A stretch of 64,000 bases of DNA, from contig JAFRCO010000005.1 in the NCBI GenBank assembly GCA_017404325.1, positions 3,495-67,494 on the forward strand, given 5' to 3'. Positions 1 through 9,612 of the stretch are shown here, piece by piece; the first letter of the stretch is position 1, and every line of letters starts with the position of its first letter. This stretch comes from Candidatus Saccharimonadota bacterium. Its GTDB lineage: Bacteria > Patescibacteriota > Saccharimonadia > Saccharimonadales > Saccharimonadaceae. Under the pieces are notes generated by a model. It was not told the DNA's origin. It worked only from the letters and a program-made list of their open reading frames with translations, and made no database searches. Position numbers and translations under genes: made by a program.

Positions 1-3000
1 ACTAGTACATATAGTAAGACTACAATACAGGAAGTGACTACGTCTATCTGCCCGAAAAACTGGGATTTACCTACTAGTGCACAATATGAGAATTTGCGAA
101 GAAAAGGTAGTATTACAACTTATAATAATACTAATTCTAGTTATATTGGAAAAAACGCTGGCAATGAACCCTATTACTTTGTTTATGGTGGTTATCGTAA
201 CGCCGCTGGAGCTGATATTAATAGTACTAACTTCATTAATTTAACTAACAGTGGTTATCTATGGATGGCAAATCAGCTCAGTAGTCCTTCTAGTTTAAGT
301 GCTGTTATTAATAGCAGTGGTATTTTGTCAGCAACAACAAGTGGTTTATTTGGTTCATCAATTTCTAAAAACCGAGGTCTTGGTATTAGGTGTGTCACTA
401 ATATGAACGAAACATCATATATGGTTACTTTCGTAAATACTGATGGTGGAGCGACACAAACTAAAAAGGTCGTGATGGGTGAAAATGTCACCATTCTTTC
501 TAGAACTGCTTTTACTCGTAATGGTTATGCGATTGTAGGTTGGGATACGAATAGTGCAGGAACGAATGTAGTTTATAACAATGATGCGTCCATCACCCCA
601 TCTTCAGATTTAACCTTATATACTGTTTGGCAGCCTACATATACACTCCAATATGACGGTAACGGTGCTGATGCGGGCGTAATGACAAATGTAAAACATA
701 CCAATGTAACGGAAGGTGATGTATTTGATCTATTTGCTTCCAACTATTCTAAAGCTAACTATGGCTTTGCGGGTTGGTCGTTTGATCAAAATGCACAGCC
801 TGGTGGAGCAAGTAAGATTTATGGCCCAAATGAAGCAATTACGGCTCCTGCTGCTACAACTCCTGGAGAAACTAAAACGCTTTACGCAGTATGGGTACCA
901 GCACAAACTGGAGTTTATATGCAGACTTGGACTGGATGTTCTAGTTTAGCTTCTAATGCCGTTATCGCATTAAAAGACCAACGTGATAACCAAACTTATA
1001 CAGTAGGTAAACTGGCTGATGGTAACTGCTGGATGATGGAAAACTTAAGAGTTGAGGCTGCTGCTACTAACGGCACTACTAACCTAGCTCTTTCACAAGG
1101 ACATGCTGGAGTCTTTGATGGGTTGGCCGATTCTGAAAGCTCTAACTTCTCCAATACTACTACGGCCAATACCTTTAATAACGCTACTAAATATAGTACT
1201 TCTAACATTACTGGTTCTAACCAAGGCTATAGATTCCCACGCTACAACAACTCAAATACTGCTTCTAGAAACTCTAACCCAAGCGTTACCGATAACCGTA
1301 ATACTACTACTTCGGTACATGGCACCAGTTTTTCCTCTGCTACTTATTCTTATGGCAACTACTATACTTGGTCTGCAGCCCTAGCCAATACTAATGACTA
1401 TACAGGCCCTACTGCTACAGTTGATGGTAAAACTTCTGAAACTGCTAATACTTCTATTTGTCCTTCTGGTTGGCAATTACCTTATGGACGGACTACTGGT
1501 GGTAATGGTGATAAATCTGGTGGGCTCTATAACCTAGGTGTAGCTTTAAATGCTGCTTCTTCTACTGAGGCCAGTTCTAGGATATGGCGTTCTTACCCAA
1601 ATAACGTTGTTTATTCTGGTTATTATAATGGCTCATCTGCTACTAATAGAGGTTATAATGCTAGTATTTCGACATCAAGCACTGGTAGCGCTACCATTAC
1701 CTACTCGAGTCAAGTTGGGTACAATAGTTTTACTACTGTTATGAATTCTTCTAAAACCTATGGTCTCGCTGTTCGCTGTGTCAAACTAGACAACACCCGT
1801 ACCGTAACTATTAATGCTGGGCCTGGTATATCGGCATTGGGTCTATCTGGATGGACTGGTAATGGGACTGGAACTCTAACGAAAGAGGTTACTCTTGGTG
1901 ACACAATTGATTTATCTGCACTTACTGTAACTAGAAAGACTGGCTATACTGGTACTGATTATGTAAAAGTAGATAATTATGGTTCTTTGAGCGGTACTAC
2001 TTATACGATTGGTTCCGGAAATGGTGTAATTACAGTTAACGCAACTGGGCTTAATGCACCGACTTGTACAGTATCTAGTGAAACAGCTAAAGTTTATAAT
2101 CATGTTCCTATTACAGTGACTGCGACTTCTAATGCATCTAATTATGATACTAGTAGTGTAGATATTACTTATTCGTTTGGCTGGGCACCTTCTCCAATAA
2201 TTAGTTCCTCACTTGATAACTTTAGTGCAGCTCAAACTAGTAATACTTATACAGTAGCTAAGAATCTTTATCGTGGCTCAAGATATTATGGTGTAAGGGT
2301 AACTGTAACTGATAAGACTGATAGTAGTATTACCAATACTTGTACTTCAGGTGCAGGCGCTAACGTATTAGATCCTACAGCGACTTCTAATAGAACTCAT
2401 GTACGATTCATGAATGCTTCAATTGACTTTAATGCTGGTGATGGAACATTAAGCGGAACAAACCCAGCTTATGTTGCCTATGAAGATTCTACTTATTATA
2501 CTGGCATTAATGATTCAACGACAACTTCTATACCTACAGTTACGCCTCCTACGGGATATGTATTTGATGGTTGGTATACATTATCTAGTGGTGGAGTTAA
2601 AGTCATAAATGCTGATGGAACTAATGTAACTTCTGTTTCTGGTTGGACTAACAATCTCGGACAATGGATCATCACTGAATCTACACTGGCTCAGGCTACG
2701 CCGAAGCTATACGCGCATTACGAAAGAGAAAGATGTATCCCTGCTCCTGGCATCATTTGTTACGATAGTAACGGCGGAAATGATCTTGATACGGGGATGA
2801 GTGCACAATCTGTTAACATTTCAGATCCAGAAATAGTTCTTTGGGCGCCTAATTATTGGTATGATGGCTTTGGATTTGCAGGCTGGAGTACTGTACAAAT
2901 GGATCCGAGTGATTACATGCATAATAATGACAATAATATCCAGATTTTCGATCCAGATGATGTCATCGTTTATGGCCCGAATGAAACTATAGAGGACCAA

Positions 3001-5067
3001 AATCTACTGAGCGAAATCTCTTCCATGGGAGTAACGCTTTACGCTGTTTGGGTTCCAAGTCAAGGTTATATGGCAAATTGGAATAATTGTAGCAAACTCA
3101 ATGTAGGCGAGGTGACTGCTCTAGAAGATGATAGAGGCGCCATGGTTTATACTGTTGCGAAATTGGAAGATGGTAATTGTTGGATGATTGAGAACTTGAA
3201 ATTAGATAACACCGCTTCCCATAATACAGATGGTTCATTGGCTCAGGGGTATGGAGGCGACTTTGCTGGTTTGGCTCAGTCAGAGAGTGAAAACTTTGAT
3301 AATGTTACTACAGCAAATTCTTTGTATAGCTCTACGAATCTCGGATCTACTAACTTGTCGTACAGAATACCGCGCTTTAATGATTCAAACTTCAACGATC
3401 CTACAAGCACAATGACAACTACTGATGACCAGATCGTAAGCTACGGAAATTACTATAACTGGGCGGCGGCGTTGGCCAATACTACTCATTATGGCGTCAA
3501 CGATACCGTCGTCGGTGAAACGTCAATTTGTCCTGCTGGTTGGAGATTACCGATCGGTGGAGATAAAACTAATATCGAAAATAATAAAAATGAGTTTTAC
3601 AAGTTAGGGATGGCCTTAATTGGTACGGCGCCTTCAGATTACTCCACTACAACCCAGCCACATTGGGCAGATGATAATAATACTGAAGGTAACGATGCTT
3701 CTAGAGCTTATAGAGCCTATCCGAACAATTTCATCTATTCCGGGCACATGAACCCAAGTAGTGCATATGCGAGAGGTAGTATCGGCTATTATTGGTCGTC
3801 TACTGCATATAATGGCACGACGGCTTATCGTTTAGCTATTAGTAGCACTTACGTCTATCCTGGAACTACTGGTAATTATAAATATCGTGCAAATTCAATT
3901 AGATGTATCGTTGACCAAACGCTATATCATGAGGTTTCTAAACAGAGTAAAGGAACCCAGACTGCTGCGAACCTCCAGACAACGATTAGCTCCTCTAATT
4001 CTGGTGTCTATAAATACAACTCTTCATTTGGTGCAGCAAGTGATGCGGAAAGTGGTTTCAATATCTACTATTATCGTGGAATTCTAGATAATACTACTGG
4101 GACTTATGGTTCTGATGGAGACGCCGGAGCATATCCTAACTATGTAATACTTGATTCTAATGGTGGAAGTCATACCACGTCCGATACTTGTTGGCGTATA
4201 GTGAGGACGACTGGTTCGGGTGGCGTAAAGATGATTTATAACGGAAAGTGGACTGGTTCGACCTGTGCTAATTCAGGAACGAACGTTCAAACAACGACGG
4301 CAACTACTGTATTCAGCGGCACAACGAGTACTTACGCTCAGGCCGTAAGAGTTGGTTATACTTATAATAATTCATATGCTTCGAATACTAATACTAATAG
4401 GACATTGGCGACTCTATTTGGCTCAGATAGTAGTTATTCTGGCAATACTAAAGATTCTGATGCAAAGAGTCAGGTCGAAACTTGGTTCACGAATAATATT
4501 AATAGTTATACTAATTTACTTGAGCCTTCGGCTGGATATTGTAATGATAGATCTGCGTATAATACCAGTGGCACTTTACAGAATGAATCATCCGTTAGCA
4601 CTCAACAATATGCTACGTCCGGTGTAACTAGACTGAATTTTGGAGCGCATAATCGTAATTTAACGACTTACCAGACTCCATCACTTAGCTGTTCGCGTAG
4701 TACGGTAGATCTTTATTCTACTTCGTCAGCCAGTGGTGGTAATAAACAATTATTAAAGCCAGTTGCCTTGTTAACTGCTGATGAAGCGAGTTTTGCTGGA
4801 TCTGGAAGCCAGACTGCTACACAAGGGTCTAGCTATAATTCAAAATCATTCTTGAATGCTGGTGCAAACTTTGTATTACTCTCTCCTTCGTATCGTAATA
4901 CAACTGGTCGAACTTATATGTTCCGGCTCAATACGAATGGATACTTAGCAAGTGCATATACAAGCGCTACTAATGGTATGCGTCCAGTAATATCACTTAA
5001 CGCTGGGGCGACTCCAATTTCTGGAGTTGGAACTGCAACGAATCCTTGGGTAATAAAGACTCCATAA
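1..5067 (+). CDS. Giant secreted/surface protein, 5'-partial. Two tandem modules of Listeria-Bacteroides-type (Flg_new) repeats plus a Fibrobacter-succinogenes-major-paralogous (FISUMP) domain, then an uncharacterised ~500-aa C-terminal domain
   Basis: The frame is open from nt 1 into the ORF listed at 34. FISUMP signatures occur twice: DQRDNQTYTVGKLADGNCWMMENL / YGNYYTWSAA / ICPSGWQLP / GLAVRCV, and EDDRGAMVYTVAKLEDGNCWMIENL / YGNYYNWAAA / ICPAGWRLP / NSIRCI. The tail of a third copy sits at the window start (ICPKNWDLP ... GLGIRCV). Flg_new-like repeats end in GY.F.GW ... TLYAVW. Confidence 0.75.
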   Translation, partial: TSTYSKTTIQEVTTSICPKNWDLPTSAQYENLRRKGSITTYNNTNSSYIGKNAGNEPYYFVYGGYRNAAGADINSTNFINLTNSGYLWMANQLSSPSSLSAVINSSGILSATTSGLFGSSISKNRGLGIRCVTNMNETSYMVTFVNTDGGATQTKKVVMGENVTILSRTAFTRNGYAIVGWDTNSAGTNVVYNNDASITPSSDLTLYTVWQPTYTLQYDGNGADAGVMTNVKHTNVTEGDVFDLFASNYSKANYGFAGWSFDQNAQPGGASKIYGPNEAITAPAATTPGETKTLYAVWVPAQTGVYMQTWTGCSSLASNAVIALKDQRDNQTYTVGKLADGNCWMMENLRVEAAATNGTTNLALSQGHAGVFDGLADSESSNFSNTTTANTFNNATKYSTSNITGSNQGYRFPRYNNSNTASRNSNPSVTDNRNTTTSVHGTSFSSATYSYGNYYTWSAALANTNDYTGPTATVDGKTSETANTSICPSGWQLPYGRTTGGNGDKSGGLYNLGVALNAASSTEASSRIWRSYPNNVVYSGYYNGSSATNRGYNASISTSSTGSATITYSSQVGYNSFTTVMNSSKTYGLAVRCVKLDNTRTVTINAGPGISALGLSGWTGNGTGTLTKEVTLGDTIDLSALTVTRKTGYTGTDYVKVDNYGSLSGTTYTIGSGNGVITVNATGLNAPTCTVSSETAKVYNHVPITVTATSNASNYDTSSVDITYSFGWAPSPIISSSLDNFSAAQTSNTYTVAKNLYRGSRYYGVRVTVTDKTDSSITNTCTSGAGANVLDPTATSNRTHVRFMNASIDFNAGDGTLSGTNPAYVAYEDSTYYTGINDSTTTSIPTVTPPTGYVFDGWYTLSSGGVKVINADGTNVTSVSGWTNNLGQWIITESTLAQATPKLYAHYERERCIPAPGIICYDSNGGNDLDTGMSAQSVNISDPEIVLWAPNYWYDGFGFAGWSTVQMDPSDYMHNNDNNIQIFDPDDVIVYGPNETIEDQNLLSEISSMGVTLYAVWVPSQGYMANWNNCSKLNVGEVTALEDDRGAMVYTVAKLEDGNCWMIENLKLDNTASHNTDGSLAQGYGGDFAGLAQSESENFDNVTTANSLYSSTNLGSTNLSYRIPRFNDSNFNDPTSTMTTTDDQIVSYGNYYNWAAALANTTHYGVNDTVVGETSICPAGWRLPIGGDKTNIENNKNEFYKLGMALIGTAPSDYSTTTQPHWADDNNTEGNDASRAYRAYPNNFIYSGHMNPSSAYARGSIGYYWSSTAYNGTTAYRLAISSTYVYPGTTGNYKYRANSIRCIVDQTLYHEVSKQSKGTQTAANLQTTISSSNSGVYKYNSSFGAASDAESGFNIYYYRGILDNTTGTYGSDGDAGAYPNYVILDSNGGSHTTSDTCWRIVRTTGSGGVKMIYNGKWTGSTCANSGTNVQTTTATTVFSGTTSTYAQAVRVGYTYNNSYASNTNTNRTLATLFGSDSSYSGNTKDSDAKSQVETWFTNNINSYTNLLEPSAGYCNDRSAYNTSGTLQNESSVSTQQYATSGVTRLNFGAHNRNLTTYQTPSLSCSRSTVDLYSTSSASGGNKQLLKPVALLTADEASFAGSGSQTATQGSSYNSKSFLNAGANFVLLSPSYRNTTGRTYMFRLNTNGYLASAYTSATNGMRPVISLNAGATPISGVGTATNPWVIKTP

Positions 5068-5071
5068 ATAA

Positions 5072-5623
5072 TTATTTATAGTCGCGTTCGATTTGTTTCT
5101 TGTAGCGTTCTTCTTCAGAAAAAATGCAACCACAATACTTTTGCATATATAAACCAATTTCGCGAGCTTTAGATTGTCCTTCGCGAAAACCGATACGGAA
5201 GTCACGATATAAGAATTTAATTCCAGATTCTTTGGCTAATTTCTCGCATACTTTCTTCAGCTCTTCGTGTTTTTGATAAGGCGAAACTAGAAGTGTCGTC
5301 GTAAAAGCATCATAGCCGTTTTCGGCAGCATAGCGTACAGTTTCGCCTAAACGTTTCGGATAACAATAATTTACACAACGGTTAGAAATATCATCTACGA
5401 CATTTTTACAAAACTCGTCAAGTCCATATTCTTCTTTTAATATTAGCTCAACTCCAATTTTCTTGGCGTATTCTTTTAAACAATCTCGACGAGTTTTATA
5501 TTCGATGTAAGGATGAATGTTCGGATTGTACCAAAAAAGAGTCGGCTCGATTCCTTCCGAGCGGAGAGCGTCAATACAATAAACGCTACATGGAGCGCAA
5601 CACGTATGCATCAAAACTTTCAT
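5072..5623 (-). CDS. queH: Epoxyqueuosine reductase QueH (DUF208 family)
   Basis: N-terminus MKVLMHTCCAPCS and C-terminal CGCIFSE cysteine motifs typical of QueH; length 183 aa. Confidence 0.85.
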   Translation of the reverse strand: MKVLMHTCCAPCSVYCIDALRSEGIEPTLFWYNPNIHPYIEYKTRRDCLKEYAKKIGVELILKEEYGLDEFCKNVVDDISNRCVNYCYPKRLGETVRYAAENGYDAFTTTLLVSPYQKHEELKKVCEKLAKESGIKFLYRDFRIGFREGQSKAREIGLYMQKYCGCIFSEEERYKKQIERDYK

Positions 5624-5631
5624 TTGTCAGA

Positions 5632-5640
5632 ATTATAGCA
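5632..5640 (-). promoter_or_regulatory. Extended -10 (TGCTATAAT) 8 nt upstream of the queH ATG
   Basis: Sequence match; no SD between box and ATG. Confidence 0.55.
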
Positions 5641-5672
5641 TTTGTGGTAAAATTAGTCTATAAAGGAGGTAC

Positions 5673-6776
5673 ATGTCTAAAAAGATCGAAACCGATTGGA
5701 ATACGTTTATTAAATTTTGGTTAGTGCCACTAATTATCGCAGGAATACTGCTTTTCTTATTTAAAGCAGTAACTGGACTTGTAATTATTGGTATTTCTAT
5801 ATTTTTAGCTCTAGCCGTAAAACCGCTAGTTCGAAAGGTAAATAATTTCTTCACAAAACATTTTGGCAAGGATAAAAAACATCAGACTCTTTCGGCGATT
5901 TTCGCTTATTTGATTGTAGTATTAATAATTGGTGCGATTATCGCAATCGTAGGTCCAGTCGTTGTTAATGAAACTGCTAAATTTGTTCAGAATTTCCCGG
6001 AGACATTCGAAAAGACATTTGGGGGCTGGGAGGGAATTAATAGCTTCGGGAAGACGATTGGAATTGAAGATCTACACTCTGAGATTAATAATACTTTGAT
6101 GAAAATATCAAACGATATGTTGGGACTACTGGGCAATAATTTAGTATCAAGTGTTGGCGGAATTGCAGATGTTGTAATGAAGATTGTTCTAGTACTAATT
6201 TTGACTTTGTTCTTCTTGTTGGATGGGCCGGAAATGATGAATACTTTGTGGAGGACTCTGGGGGCTGGTTCGGAAAATAAACCGGCCAAAGTAGCAAAAG
6301 ATGTAGTAGGGAAAATGATGAATGTAATTTCCACTTATGTTTCAAGACAAGTTATTATCGCGATTATCGATGGATGTGCGACGATTGTAATAGTTTTCGT
6401 TTTGTCGTTGATCCTAGGTTTTACACCGAGCCTAGCAATTCCGATGGGCATGACGACTATGTTATTCTATTTAATCCCAATGTTTGGACAGTTTATCGGC
6501 GGGACTTTAGTAACAATTTTACTATTCTTCTCGAATCCTGCTGCAGCTTTAGTTTTTGCGATTGTATATATAATATATGCTCAAATAGAGAATAATATTA
6601 TTTCACCGAAGATTCAGGGTGATGCCTTAAACCTCCAACCGGTTGTAATTTTATGTGCCATCACAATAGGTATGTATATGTTTGGACTACTTGGCGCAAT
6701 CATTGCGATTCCAATTGCCGGATGTATAAGAGTTTTAGTGGATGAATATCCGAATATAAAAGCCGCACGAGAATAA
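5673..6776 (+). CDS. AI-2E (PerM/UPF0118) family membrane transporter
   Basis: About 8 hydrophobic segments with family-typical layout and length (367 aa). SD AAAGGAGG lies upstream of the ATG. Confidence 0.7.
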   Translation: MSKKIETDWNTFIKFWLVPLIIAGILLFLFKAVTGLVIIGISIFLALAVKPLVRKVNNFFTKHFGKDKKHQTLSAIFAYLIVVLIIGAIIAIVGPVVVNETAKFVQNFPETFEKTFGGWEGINSFGKTIGIEDLHSEINNTLMKISNDMLGLLGNNLVSSVGGIADVVMKIVLVLILTLFFLLDGPEMMNTLWRTLGAGSENKPAKVAKDVVGKMMNVISTYVSRQVIIAIIDGCATIVIVFVLSLILGFTPSLAIPMGMTTMLFYLIPMFGQFIGGTLVTILLFFSNPAAALVFAIVYIIYAQIENNIISPKIQGDALNLQPVVILCAITIGMYMFGLLGAIIAIPIAGCIRVLVDEYPNIKAARE

Positions 6777-6778
6777 CA

Positions 6779-7831
6779 ATGCCAGAAAAAACCAAAAACA
6801 AAACTTGGAAGAAACCTTTGTTGATTGCATTATTCATTATTTTTAATATTGCAGTGATTGCTGCGACTGCCTTCGCAGAATTTGGAAAATCTAAGGATGC
6901 AACGGAAATTTCAGAAATATCAATCAATTGGTGGTTATTAATGCCGGCAATATTTTGCTTCTTGACCGCATTAACGATTGATATTCATAAATATGCCCTA
7001 ATGATTAGAAAAATGTCTCACGAAGAAACAGATAATAAACACGTAAGGAAAGTTGCAAGAAGAACAGTATTGCTAGGAAAGTATTATGACAACATCACTC
7101 CAGCAGCAGTCGGTGGACAGCCATTTCAAATGTATTACATGCGAAAAAATAGTGGCCTCTCGCGCGGAGCTTCTACTTCGATCCCGATTTTCGGTATGAT
7201 CTCGATTCAGATTGCTTTTATCATCATTGCGCTTCTTTGCTTTTTGTTTGGTAATATATTTAGCACTAACCCAGCATTGTTCTTAACTGCATTGTTTGGT
7301 CTTTTGTTCTACGCATTTTGGCCGGTGATGGTCGCCGGAGTAACATATTTTCCAAAACCTACCAAGAAACTAATCAAAACTTTTATAAAAGTATTGGCGA
7401 AGCTTAAAATCGTTAAAAAGCGTGGGGAACTACTTGAAAAAGTTGAGGCGGAAGCTGATGAATATGTCACTGCTGTCAAAACAATACTAAAGACTCGTGG
7501 GTTATTTATAAAAGTCATTTCTTGGTCGCTTTTATACAACATACTAATCGCAATGATTCCATTCTTTGTCTTAACCGCATTCGGCGGAAAAGTAGATTTC
7601 TTTTCTTGCTTCGTTACAACGATTGCGGTGATGTCGGCAATCTACTTCATCCCAACTCCTGGTAATTCAGGTGCAGCAGAAGGAACTTTCTTTATTGTCT
7701 TCTCAGCTTTGTCGTCAGGGTATGTGTTTTGGGCAATGTTATTCTGGCGTTTCTTCTCATATTATGTGTATGTAATACTTGGTCCGATAATTTATTTCTT
7801 CATGCATTTGGAAAAGCGAAAGAATTTATGA
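6779..7831 (+). CDS. Flippase-like membrane protein (lysylphosphatidylglycerol-synthase TM-domain / UPF0104 family)
   Basis: Polytopic membrane protein with TPAAVGGQPFQ and IPTPGNSGAAEG motifs characteristic of the family. Confidence 0.6.
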   Translation: MPEKTKNKTWKKPLLIALFIIFNIAVIAATAFAEFGKSKDATEISEISINWWLLMPAIFCFLTALTIDIHKYALMIRKMSHEETDNKHVRKVARRTVLLGKYYDNITPAAVGGQPFQMYYMRKNSGLSRGASTSIPIFGMISIQIAFIIIALLCFLFGNIFSTNPALFLTALFGLLFYAFWPVMVAGVTYFPKPTKKLIKTFIKVLAKLKIVKKRGELLEKVEAEADEYVTAVKTILKTRGLFIKVISWSLLYNILIAMIPFFVLTAFGGKVDFFSCFVTTIAVMSAIYFIPTPGNSGAAEGTFFIVFSALSSGYVFWAMLFWRFFSYYVYVILGPIIYFFMHLEKRKNL

Positions 7832-7848
7832 TATAATGAGTGAACTAT

Positions 7849-9612
7849 ATGTTAAAACTTTTTAGATTTTTGAAGCCATATTGGTGGCAAGCATTGATTT
7901 TAATTTTGTCTATTGCTGTGCAAGTTTGGACTACACTACGTTTGCCGGCTTTGATGGCGAATATTATCAACGTCGGGATTGTGCCAGGAGATACGCATTA
8001 CATTTGGATAACTGGCCTGAAGATGATTGGGCTTGCTGCAATTTCGGCAGCTTGTGCTTTTATTTCAAGTTATTTTTCGGCACGTATAGGTGCGAATTTT
8101 TCGCGCGATGTAAGAGCGGCTATCTTTACTAAAATTCTTAATTTCACTTTGGCGGATCAAAAAGATTTTAGTACAGCGTCCCTTTTAACTCGTACGACTA
8201 ATGACGTGAATCAGGTTCAAGGCGCGGTGATGATGATCCTTTCAATGATGCTTAGAGCTCCGCTGTTTTGTATTATTTCGATTATCATGGCGATTCAAAC
8301 GGCTCCAGATATGTCTTGGATTATTTTAATTGGCGTCGTTGCAATTCTTGGAACAATTATTGTGATTATGTCGCTCGTGATTCCGAAATTTAAAATTTTC
8401 CAAGTATTAATTGATAAAATTACTTTAATTACGCGCGAAAACTTAACTGGTCTTAGAGTGATTCGAGCATTTAATAATGAGGGGTTGGAAAAGAAAAAAT
8501 TCATTAAGACTAACGATAAATTAACGAATTTATTAATTTATATTGATAAGATTTTGGAACTACAAAACCCGTTAATTAATATAATATTTAACGGAACGAC
8601 TTTACTTTGTTCTTGGATTGGAATTTCGCTTTTATCGAAAGACTACGCATATCTAGGCAATATGTCTGCGTTCGCGCAATATGTAACACATGTAATGCTT
8701 TCATTTTTGATGCTATCAATGTTGTTTGTAGTTTTGCCGCGCGCAAATGTTTCGGCACATCGTATTAATGAAGTCTTAAAGAAACCGACAAAAATCAATT
8801 GGAAAGAAAAAACTTCTAAGATGCCGGAAAAGACACCTTCGGTTGAGTTTAAGAATGTAGATTTTAGTTACGCGGATGCAGTTGAAAAAATACTTGATAA
8901 TGTTTCGTTTAAAGCTGTTGCAGGCGAGACGACCGCATTCGTCGGTTCGACCGGTTCAGGCAAATCGACTTTGATTAATTTAGTACCACGTTTTTACGAA
9001 GCGACGAGTGGCGAAGTGCTCGTAAATGGCGTTTCAATAAAAGGTTATGAAAAAACCGATTTAATGAAGAGAATCGGATTTGTTCCTCAACGCGGGATTC
9101 TGTTTTCCGGAACAATAGCTTCAAATATAAAATTTGGTGCACCGAACGCCACCAATGAGCAGATGAAAAAAGCAGCTGAAATCGCCCAGGCAAAAAACTT
9201 TATTGAAAGATTACCGGATAAATACAATTCACATATCGCACAGGGCGGAACGAATGTTTCAGGCGGACAAAAGCAACGTTTATCAATTGCGAGGGCAATT
9301 TGTAAAGAGCCAGATATCTTCGTATTTGATGATTCATTTTCGGCGCTTGATATGAAGACTGATTTAAAATTACGTGAGGCTTTGAAGGAAATTACGAAAG
9401 AGTCGGTAGTTTTAATTGTGGCGCAACGCATTAGTACAATTAAAGATGCCGATCAAATCGTAGTGTTAGATAACGGAAAAGTTGTAGGAAAAGGGAAGCA
9501 TTTAGAATTATTAAAGAAGTGTAAAGTTTATCAAGAAATTGTAAAATCACAACTTTCGGAAAAAGAATATGCAACCGAGTTAAGATTAGCAGAGGGGGTG
9601 AAAAATGCATAA
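7849..9612 (+). CDS. ABC exporter, fused permease/ATPase (half-transporter A of a heterodimer)
   Basis: Six-TM exporter domain, Walker A GSTGSGKST, signature VSGGQKQRLSIAR, Walker B IFVFDD. ATG at 7849 (MLKLFRFLKPYWW) preferred over GTG at 7840. Confidence 0.85.
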   Translation: MLKLFRFLKPYWWQALILILSIAVQVWTTLRLPALMANIINVGIVPGDTHYIWITGLKMIGLAAISAACAFISSYFSARIGANFSRDVRAAIFTKILNFTLADQKDFSTASLLTRTTNDVNQVQGAVMMILSMMLRAPLFCIISIIMAIQTAPDMSWIILIGVVAILGTIIVIMSLVIPKFKIFQVLIDKITLITRENLTGLRVIRAFNNEGLEKKKFIKTNDKLTNLLIYIDKILELQNPLINIIFNGTTLLCSWIGISLLSKDYAYLGNMSAFAQYVTHVMLSFLMLSMLFVVLPRANVSAHRINEVLKKPTKINWKEKTSKMPEKTPSVEFKNVDFSYADAVEKILDNVSFKAVAGETTAFVGSTGSGKSTLINLVPRFYEATSGEVLVNGVSIKGYEKTDLMKRIGFVPQRGILFSGTIASNIKFGAPNATNEQMKKAAEIAQAKNFIERLPDKYNSHIAQGGTNVSGGQKQRLSIARAICKEPDIFVFDDSFSALDMKTDLKLREALKEITKESVVLIVAQRISTIKDADQIVVLDNGKVVGKGKHLELLKKCKVYQEIVKSQLSEKEYATELRLAEGVKNA

